DNA of 44,970 nt. Origin: Escherichia phage vB_EcoP_C. The notes under the pieces are model-generated. The model was not told the DNA's origin, made no database searches, and worked only from the letters and a program-made list of their open reading frames with translations. The stretch lies in sequence record NC_047807.1; one strand, given 5' to 3'. The position numbers were made by a program, and so were the translations under genes. Shown here piece by piece: positions 8,016 through 15,635 of the stretch; positions within the stretch are counted from its first letter, which is position 1, and every line of letters starts with the position of its first letter.

Positions 8016-8147
8016 TCTCTCTCCTATTATGTAAGTATAGTAAGGAAGTAAGGAATAGGGTGTACAGGAGTACACCCATACTAAGGAATACCTATATAAC
8101 CTAGGTTAACCTATATTATCCTTGTTATTTCTCTTATTATCTGGGCC

Positions 8148-8172
8148 TTCCTTCTATAGTGTCCGGTAATTA
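8148..8172 (-). promoter_or_regulatory. SP6-type phage RNAP promoter variant (AATTACCGGACACTATAGAAGGAAGG)
   Basis: Promoter family member overlapping the terminase stop codon; drives the paralogue pair and lysis genes. Confidence 0.6.
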
Positions 8173-8901
8173 ATAAGTCCTTGAAATCCTTGCAGAAAGT
8201 GTATTTCTGCTTGCCGATTTACTCCTGTAATTCTGACCGTATACTCTTTGCTGCATAGCCACGGAAGTGTTGGTTACTCTTCGCTCAGTGCCATAATCTC
8301 CATAGAGCATTGCCCTACGGAGGTGAGGTGTGTTCATAGCTTGGATATAATCGCGCATCTCCTGCGCTCTGAGGCGATTAATCCGTGTAACCTCGTCATA
8401 GTCTATCTGAGAAGTTAATTGCCGTATAGCGCCATACAGCGCGTCTAAGCGGTCATCGTGCCGGAGGCTGTTCTTCTCAATCGTGATGTTCGACATTTGA
8501 TTGAAAAGGCTGTATGACATGCGTAGTTCAAGCGGATAGTGCTGTACCGACTCAAAATCAGACTTGACCATCTCTGCGTTGAAGATGAGCCTGTGGGCCG
8601 CCATTAGTGGCTCTAGTGTTTCAATGATACGCAACTCTTTCTGTCCGGTGGCGTAATCTTCCTCCAGAGTCACAGGCCACTCTCGTTCAAAGTATGGCTT
8701 TATAACGGCCTCAAACGCGCCATGACCAAAGTTCTTTTCAATGAATACCTCTTTAACACCTGCCTGCTTTGCGGCCTGCACAATGCGATTCAGGGACGAT
8801 TCGCGGTATCCTCCCGGCACACCAAAGCACTGATACACATAAATGAATGTGCCGTGCAGGAAGACGATAGCCACACCCGTTTCATCCCCATTCTTACCTC
8901 C
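8170..8901 (-). CDS. Terminase large subunit, exon 2 (nuclease domain; GGKNGDETGVAIV onward)
   Basis: ORF-track frame 8170-8952 carries the terminase nuclease motif; sequence upstream of 8901 is intron-derived. Confidence 0.8.
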   Translation of the reverse strand, partial: GGKNGDETGVAIVFLHGTFIYVYQCFGVPGGYRESSLNRIVQAAKQAGVKEVFIEKNFGHGAFEAVIKPYFEREWPVTLEEDYATGQKELRIIETLEPLMAAHRLIFNAEMVKSDFESVQHYPLELRMSYSLFNQMSNITIEKNSLRHDDRLDALYGAIRQLTSQIDYDEVTRINRLRAQEMRDYIQAMNTPHLRRAMLYGDYGTERRVTNTSVAMQQRVYGQNYRSKSASRNTLSARISRTY

Positions 8902-9427
8902 CGGTTTGAACGTGACGTGCGAGCCAACCCTTGTGGTGTTTACGTAAACCATGTGCCACCTTACGCATATTCTGAGGTGTTAGGTTGTGCTCTTTACAGA
9001 AGTCAGTAATGCAAGTTACAAGAAACTCTTCACCATCTGGAGAAGTGAATATGTAATCTTTGCCAGTACCTTTGTTGTAAGGTGTCATGCCTTTCTTGAA
9101 CTCAGTGGCAACAGACAAGTGCTGTCCTTTCTTGATTTCAGTGGCAATACTTATGCGTTCACCTTTCTCGATGTTACCTGCTTTGCGATAACCACCTTTA
9201 CCCTTATTCCAACCCATGTTGTCATGTGGGCGTAGCTTCTCTTCTAGTGCATAACACTCTTCTTTGCTACCAGTGAATAAGATAACGTACTCGCGGCCAT
9301 CACAAAGACGGCCTGCACACTTGTGCTCTCTCATACGCTTCTTAATATCGGAGGTTACACCAATATAACCTTGCATTACATCAGTTTCACCAACAACACG
9401 AATATGATAAACTTTATGCTCTGTCAT
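8894..9427 (-). CDS. GIY-YIG homing endonuclease (intron-encoded), 177 aa
   Basis: GIY-YIG-like motif (VYHI...11 aa...YIGVT), conserved R/E/N positions, C-terminal NUMOD-like repeats; own GGGAG SD; lies inside the terminase intervening sequence. Confidence 0.8.
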   Translation of the reverse strand: MTEHKVYHIRVVGETDVMQGYIGVTSDIKKRMREHKCAGRLCDGREYVILFTGSKEECYALEEKLRPHDNMGWNKGKGGYRKAGNIEKGERISIATEIKKGQHLSVATEFKKGMTPYNKGTGKDYIFTSPDGEEFLVTCITDFCKEHNLTPQNMRKVAHGLRKHHKGWLARHVQTGR

Positions 9428-9647
9428 ATTTAACTCCCTTCAATTGTTACGTTAATTCGCTACTTTAACTTCTACTAGTCACCTAGTAGGTCGGACTATA
9501 TCTTAGGCTTGCGCCTCCCTCTGTTTCAGACCGCTTGGCCTTACAGTTAGTCTCTACACGTTCCTGTTATTGCAACAGGCTTCGCTCGGTATTGTCTCAG
9601 TGAGAGTTCCACCGAATTAAGAGGGTTTTACGCTGGCAGAGGTGTTT
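8902..9647 (-). mobile_element. Group I self-splicing intron (about 746 nt) in terminase large-subunit gene
   Basis: Splits terminase within YIDPAG|GGKNGDETG; P1 (exon GCUGGU with intron GCCAGC 9632-9637); P10 (intron CCUCU with exon-2 GGAGG); P7 core elements GACUA (9546-9557) and AAGAUAUAGUCC (9493-9504); P9-like hairpin with GUGA tetraloop. Confidence 0.75.
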
Positions 9648-10814
9648 ACCAGCGGGGTCAATGTACATAATTTTACGGGTGACAGCGCCCCATTCATACG
9701 GTCGGGCCACAGGGCGATACATAAAGTCTGTAGGCTTATTGCCATACTTCGGTGCATCGCCAATGATGTTAATAGAGTCGTTGCTCCATGTAGGCATCAC
9801 AGGGACTTCCTCTGTACCGAATGAAGTGAAGATGAGGTTGTTCAGGCGTAGCGGATAGCGGTCAGCATCCATCATGCGAGTGTTAAGCATAAACTGAAGC
9901 TGGAACTTAGCCGCACCCTGCGAGATTTCCTTCTCAATCAGCACATCATCATCATACATTTCAGGTGCACAAGGGGCACCACTATTGCCATCCAAGCCAT
10001 ACCCTGAGCGAAGTGCTGGGTTGTCCTTCATATCCTGCACAATCATAGGTGCAAGGAAGTCGCCATAGCATTGCTCCTGCTCCACTGAGGGATAACGTGC
10101 AGTCCAGATACGAACAGAGTAACCACGAGCAGGTAGGTTATTGTAGATAGAGTTTACGTTCTGAGGAGTACCAAGGTAGATAATATCACCAAACTGGTTA
10201 ATAGATTCAAACTCCTTGGTCAGTTCCTCAAGCAAGGCACGTCCTGCCGCTGTACGAGCATTCTGCATTGACTCAACGTCATCTGCTAGGATGATATCTG
10301 CACGCGCACCCTGCATACCTGCTTCGATTGAGTAACAAGACACAGAAGGCGACTTGTCACTGCCACGTAGGGTGTAATGAATCTCAAATGCCTTAACTGA
10401 GGCACGGTCCCCTGCGTAGATGTCCGGTAGCATAAACTCAAGAAAGTCTAGGCCACGGAAGATTTTAACTACCCAACCTGCGATTTCCTCTGCTCGCTTG
10501 GCGTTTTGGGATACAACCATGATACGCTTATGCGGTTCATGAATGATACGGAATACTGTATAGATTGCTGATAGTGTTGTCTTAGCGATACCACGAGGCG
10601 CTTCGATGAGGCGATACTTGTGTCCGTAGAATAGGAACTTCAAGATATCAGCCTGCATACGAATCAGATGAGGGTTGCCTGCAATTAAGTTATGAATAAC
10701 TGTGTCTGCAAAGAGAAGCAAACCTTCCGCTGTGTAAGGAAAGGTCTGCTGTAACTCCTGTAGCATCTCCCATCTGGCAAGAGCCTCCGCTTGTGATTCT
10801 CTTGCCTTAGCCAT
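9648..10814 (-). CDS. Terminase large subunit, exon 1 (ATPase domain)
   Basis: T7 gp19-like sequence; ATG at 10814 overlaps terminase-small stop (TGATG) with AAGGAGG SD; reading frame runs into intron after ...YIDPAG. Confidence 0.85.
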
Positions 10815-11113
10815 CAATCCTCCTTAGTGAATTGAATAATCTTGCCACTTGATGCCTCTCGGATAGCCTTGAGGCGCTTAGATAGCTTGGACTCCTCCTG
10901 CTGTGCAGCGGGTGTAGCGGTAATACCATTATCAAGAACCCACTTACACATAGCTCCAATGTCTTTACCAGAGACTAAATGCAGTGCTGCATCTGGGTCT
11001 TCTTCTATAGTGTCCAGTATTGCCTGTGCTTTCTTATTAAAGATTTTGGTAATAGCACCATGTAGAATGCCAACCTCGTCTTCCGTAGCTGCATGTTTAT
11101 TGTGTACGCTCAT
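10814..11113 (-). CDS. Terminase small subunit (T7 gp18-like), about 99 aa
   Basis: Position between holin and terminase large subunit; start moved to ATG at 11113 with GGAGGAGG SD. Confidence 0.65.
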   Translation of the reverse strand: MSVHNKHAATEDEVGILHGAITKIFNKKAQAILDTIEEDPDAALHLVSGKDIGAMCKWVLDNGITATPAAQQEESKLSKRLKAIREASSGKIIQFTKED

Positions 11114-11291
11114 GGCTCCTCCTCCATAGTTTAATCTTGGTATAAAACCAGTCTCCAATTTGCAACACGGTATAAATGAATGTTGCTATTAACACCCAAT
11201 TATCCCAACTGATACCGAGGAAGTACCCACCTGATACTAATGCAGGTGGCGCCAGCTTCACACCACTATCTACCAGTTCGGAGTTAATCAT
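11097..11291 (-). CDS. Holin, class II-like (two TM segments), 64 aa
   Basis: Two hydrophobic helices plus charged C-terminus; AAGGAGG SD; T7 gp17.5-like position. Confidence 0.65.
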   Translation of the reverse strand: MINSELVDSGVKLAPPALVSGGYFLGISWDNWVLIATFIYTVLQIGDWFYTKIKLWRRSHERTQ

Positions 11292-11300
11292 CTCACCTCC

Positions 11301-12263
11301 TTACACTAGTTGTAGCTTCACACTTACGACACACTCAGGTAATGGCTCACTGAAAGTGATAGTAGACCCTACGATTTCATAAGCATTATTAGGTTGATAC
11401 AGGCCATCCAAGTATACATCAAGACGTTGGAAAGCCGTTACAATGTCGATAGATTGTGTACCTTCACTCACTGCTTGTGTAAAGAGGATAGTATCCGCAC
11501 TTGTAGGTGGGGTTAAGCGACTACCGATAAGCACATAAACTTCATCCCCAGCCTGTAATGGCTCGGACAGGGTTATAACATCATACCCCACTGATACTGC
11601 ACCTGCTAGTTCATGCTGGAATACACCGTTTATAAACACCATAGCATCATCAAATGAGTAAGGTGGTCGAATGATTTGCTCTCCACCGGAGGCGACCATA
11701 TACCAAGGAATCGTGCGATGAGATACACCAGACACCATTCCTCTCTTAATACCAGCAATCTCTATATCTTGTGCAGAGTTCCAATCAGTATGCTTCTTGT
11801 CGATAGCATCTAGCTGTGATTTATTTACTGCATCTTTTGGATTCTCACCATCAGCTAGGTCAGTAATCTTATTGCCGCCCCAGCTTACATTCTGCTTAAT
11901 GAAGTATCCTTCTGGATAAAACCCATCAAGTAACTCCTGTGTAATCTCCAGTATATGAATGAAAGAGCCATTTAAAGACTTCATATCCAAGGTAACACCA
12001 CGGTCAAACTCAGCGTATGGATATTCCTTTTGTACTTCCCTTCGAATACGGAACTTCAAACCTGCAACAGGTGCTACATCAAAAGTGATTTGATGCGTAC
12101 CAGTTAATTGCCAGCCAGATGTAACCTCAATCCAAGTGTTACCTTGAAGAGATTCCACTATCACATCTGAGGCACGAAGATAGCCTTTATCCCTGCCAGC
12201 AAAGCTAAAGGGATAGGTTACTTGCGTACCGTTGGCTATATGTTCTGTGAAAGTATAACTCAT
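11301..12263 (-). CDS. Tail fiber/tailspike adaptor protein (T7 gp17 N-terminal-domain-like), about 320 aa
   Basis: N-terminus MSYTFTEHIANGTQVTYPFSF resembles T7-like tail-fibre attachment domains; no long C-terminal receptor-binding region. Confidence 0.65.
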   Translation of the reverse strand: MSYTFTEHIANGTQVTYPFSFAGRDKGYLRASDVIVESLQGNTWIEVTSGWQLTGTHQITFDVAPVAGLKFRIRREVQKEYPYAEFDRGVTLDMKSLNGSFIHILEITQELLDGFYPEGYFIKQNVSWGGNKITDLADGENPKDAVNKSQLDAIDKKHTDWNSAQDIEIAGIKRGMVSGVSHRTIPWYMVASGGEQIIRPPYSFDDAMVFINGVFQHELAGAVSVGYDVITLSEPLQAGDEVYVLIGSRLTPPTSADTILFTQAVSEGTQSIDIVTAFQRLDVYLDGLYQPNNAYEIVGSTITFSEPLPECVVSVKLQLV

Positions 12264-15200
12264 CAATCCTCCAGTTCATCTAAGCCATAACGCAATGCGT
12301 TCTGGATTCCTATTACATTAGTTAGAGGCACTAAGCGTAAAGCCCTACGTGCCACATCTACACCTTCTGTATCACCCTCTGCATATTTAGTTATAGAATC
12401 TGCTAAACGATATGCATCTTGACCAACACCTACTAGTGGTATTTGGTCTATCAAACCTTTAGTCTGAAAGCCAGCCTCATAACGGGATTGTACTAACTCA
12501 GAAGGTAGAACACCTAGGCCACCTAAGAAATCTCCACCTAGACTAAATACAGCAGTTGTACTCATCATACCCATTGCACCAAAGGCCAACCCTTTAGGCG
12601 ATAACTTCTCTTCCAAATATTCATCTTGGTCTTCTCGCCCAATAGAGTTCACATAGGCTTTTGCCGCATACACTATTGAACCCAAAGCAAACCCGTAAGC
12701 TGTCTTCTTAGCAAGACCAATTTTATCGTGGCGAATCCCTCGACCAAATTGCTTCTCACCAGATACAAGAGAGAATGACTTAAGCTGTGCAAATGTCTTA
12801 CCTAGTGCTTTGTTCATCCAGATACCTTCATCACCAATGAAGTTACGTTGGATAATTAGACCTGACTTACGACGAATAGCATTAGCTAAAGTTTCACCCA
12901 TGGCATAAGGCATTGTATCAAAGCCAAGCAAGCCAGAACCTTTAGAGTTAGCATCATAGTGCTTCTGTAGGTTAGTCATGAACTCCTGAGTAAGACCAAG
13001 TTCCTCCAGTTTCTTCTGAGGAATAATCTTCTTGCCTTCAAGGTGGTCAATGAAAGACAAAGCTATTTGCCTATTGGTCATTCGCTCCAGAGAACCCTGT
13101 GCCATGCGGAAGAGTGATAGGTTGGTTTGAGCACGACGTATTGAGTTCATGGATTGGTCAAAGTGAGCCATCATTCCTTTTACTGTGGTTACATCACCAA
13201 ACTCATCTGGACGTGCACCCTTGGTTGTTAGCCAGTTATCCTCACCAATGTAACCTACCATCCTCTCTACTTCTGCCAAGTTCTTATCTCGGAAGAAGCC
13301 ATCACCGCTCCGCAAAGCCTTAGATGTAAAGCGGAATTGCTTACCTAAAGCTATAGTGGTTGCAGCAATACCAAACTCACCCATGAAGTTAGCAAGTTCA
13401 CCCAGCTGTGCGAAGCCCATCTGACCTAAGCGAAGTACACCTGTAATGTCACGACCACGACGCAGCATTTTAGTAGACAAAGCCTGTGGGTCTGCATCGA
13501 TAGATTTACCCATAATCAAGCGAAGCCCTTCTCGCATCTGACGGATTTCTTCATCAATAGCCAGACCTGCTGCTTCATCTTTCTCTTTCAATTTAAGTCG
13601 CTTCTTTAGCTCTTCAATCTTCTCTTGTGCCTTCTTGTAATCAGGCTCTGATTGACGAATCTTAGCAGACTCCGCTTCAAATTGTGCGTGTGCTTTTGTA
13701 TCTTTAGCTGCATTTCGTGCATTTCGCTCTACAAGGTCAATTGCATTAAGTGCAGCCTGATAGGTAGAGAAACCTTGACGAGCCAAGGCAGCACCACCTG
13801 CCGCTTCCTTCATGTAGTTATCTGTTAACTCTTCCACGTTAGTATTCATAAAGTCACGCATACGAATGCCATTGTACTCTTGAGTAACATCTAAGCCTAA
13901 ACTCATCTTAGCTCGGTTAGAGATATTATCTTTGGTTTCTTTATTATCCAGAGCTTCTACCATCTTTTCAATTTCTTCATCACTGAAGCCTGCCTTGCGC
14001 ATTATTGCTTCATACTCTGCTTTAGTCTGACCAGACATAGCCTTTTCGAAACTCATACGTCCTGTCAGAGTGGCATCCACAACACGGTTTACTTGTGCTC
14101 GTGCAATTTCATCCGCTACTTCTTTTGGAATTTTACGAGCGCCGTTCTGATAAGCACGAGAGAATAACTCAATGATATCTTCTTTATCGTGCATACCGAA
14201 TTGACGACGAGCCTTCATACTGTCAAAAATATCAGGCATGTACTTATCATCTGCTTTAACCTTTTCAAACCCAGCTTCACCAGAGCGTTGACGTAATGCT
14301 AATGCTTCACGATACATAGCTTGCTGCCCCTCTGCTGCCATACGGATAGACTTAGGCGTAGCCTCATCCATACCGATGCGTACAGCTTCCCATACCTTCT
14401 CATTATATTGCTGCACATAGTGAGAGTTAGTATGGCCTGCAACTGGATTGATATTATTTTCTTTGAGCCATAAGTCAAACCCGTCATTGAAACGGTTCAT
14501 ATCAGCAGACTTCAGTCGATTCAAGTTGGTATTCTGCATAAGACTGGCAGATGCCTTTTGCATACCTAAACCTTGCGGAGACTCAAACAGGCGAGCACCG
14601 AGGCCACGAACACTAGCATCCTGAGAGGAGTGCACGACAGTCCCAAGGGCAGACATAGTTCCGGCCCAGCGGCGAGGTGTCATATCAATTGCATTACCTT
14701 CCCGCTGTAGGGTTTTCAGCAAATCTTCACCTTTGCTAGAGATATCAAATGCACCCTCAGTGAGTACCTCTTCGCCCTTAACACGCATCGCACCGATACT
14801 GTCATCAGCAACAGCACGCACATAGCGGTCCCCTGCGTCTGCACTGCGCACAATGCTCGCAGCCCTGTCATCCCCTTGCTCACTGAGCTTAGTGGCCCTA
14901 CCACGCGCTACAGCTCCAATAACGCCACCCATAGCCATACCGGAACCTAGTGCTACCATAATGTCATCTAAATCACGAGTCATGTCACCTTGGACCAATA
15001 CGGATTCAATAGCGGCATTACTCACGCCAGCGGCGATAGCGCCACGCACAGCACGGCCTACGAGTCCAACTTTAGCTGCACCACCGGTTGGAATAGAGGC
15101 AACCCAACCCACTGGGTCAAGCACAGCAGCGCCAATCGTTGCCACAGAGCCGGCCCATCCAGCCTGAGCAATGCGCTTATTGCGCTCAAGGTCTTCATCA

Positions 15201-15571
15201 GCATTCTGAATACGGAAGTTCAATTCATCCTCAGAACGAACACCCTCAGTGATTGTCTGCATCATATCCGTACCATATTTGAAACGTAGTGCTTCACGTT
15301 GCTCTGGTTGGATTTCAAAGTCAGGTTGGGGTGTGAAATCAGCAGTGGCACGGTCATACCATCGCTTACCTCCGAATGCCAACCATTCATTCTGGAAGGC
15401 AGCACCTACAGCACCTAAGATGTCCGCATCAGCTTTGGCTTCAAGAACTTGCTCTTGTAACTCATTACGCTGGCGTATCGTAGGAGCCGATACCGGAGCC
15501 GCCTCAATAGAAAACGGCTCAGGAGTAGACTGGACATATCCAGCCCAATTAGTCTTAATATCTTGTTCCAT
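12263..15571 (-). CDS. Internal virion protein (T7 gp16-like ejection/core protein), 1102 aa
   Basis: Very large structural-module ORF following two other internal virion proteins; GGAGG SD. Confidence 0.75.
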   Translation of the reverse strand: MEQDIKTNWAGYVQSTPEPFSIEAAPVSAPTIRQRNELQEQVLEAKADADILGAVGAAFQNEWLAFGGKRWYDRATADFTPQPDFEIQPEQREALRFKYGTDMMQTITEGVRSEDELNFRIQNADEDLERNKRIAQAGWAGSVATIGAAVLDPVGWVASIPTGGAAKVGLVGRAVRGAIAAGVSNAAIESVLVQGDMTRDLDDIMVALGSGMAMGGVIGAVARGRATKLSEQGDDRAASIVRSADAGDRYVRAVADDSIGAMRVKGEEVLTEGAFDISSKGEDLLKTLQREGNAIDMTPRRWAGTMSALGTVVHSSQDASVRGLGARLFESPQGLGMQKASASLMQNTNLNRLKSADMNRFNDGFDLWLKENNINPVAGHTNSHYVQQYNEKVWEAVRIGMDEATPKSIRMAAEGQQAMYREALALRQRSGEAGFEKVKADDKYMPDIFDSMKARRQFGMHDKEDIIELFSRAYQNGARKIPKEVADEIARAQVNRVVDATLTGRMSFEKAMSGQTKAEYEAIMRKAGFSDEEIEKMVEALDNKETKDNISNRAKMSLGLDVTQEYNGIRMRDFMNTNVEELTDNYMKEAAGGAALARQGFSTYQAALNAIDLVERNARNAAKDTKAHAQFEAESAKIRQSEPDYKKAQEKIEELKKRLKLKEKDEAAGLAIDEEIRQMREGLRLIMGKSIDADPQALSTKMLRRGRDITGVLRLGQMGFAQLGELANFMGEFGIAATTIALGKQFRFTSKALRSGDGFFRDKNLAEVERMVGYIGEDNWLTTKGARPDEFGDVTTVKGMMAHFDQSMNSIRRAQTNLSLFRMAQGSLERMTNRQIALSFIDHLEGKKIIPQKKLEELGLTQEFMTNLQKHYDANSKGSGLLGFDTMPYAMGETLANAIRRKSGLIIQRNFIGDEGIWMNKALGKTFAQLKSFSLVSGEKQFGRGIRHDKIGLAKKTAYGFALGSIVYAAKAYVNSIGREDQDEYLEEKLSPKGLAFGAMGMMSTTAVFSLGGDFLGGLGVLPSELVQSRYEAGFQTKGLIDQIPLVGVGQDAYRLADSITKYAEGDTEGVDVARRALRLVPLTNVIGIQNALRYGLDELED

Positions 15572-15602
15572 AGTTCCTCCATAGTGCCTATCATAAAGAC
15601 CT

Positions 15603-15618
15603 GTCTCACATGTGAGAC
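15603..15618. repeat. Perfect 16-bp palindrome GTCTCACATGTGAGAC
   Basis: One of six perfect copies of GTCTCAC-NN-GTGAGAC; intergenic between internal virion protein genes. Confidence 0.8.
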
Positions 15619-15635
15619 AAGCCTTGAGTTAGGTA

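Noticed and set aside
8902-9647. Intein or simple gene fission as explanation for the split terminase
   Set aside because: The intervening sequence contains in-frame stops, an independent ORF with its own ribosome-binding site, and RNA elements (P1, P10, P7 core) characteristic of a group I intron.
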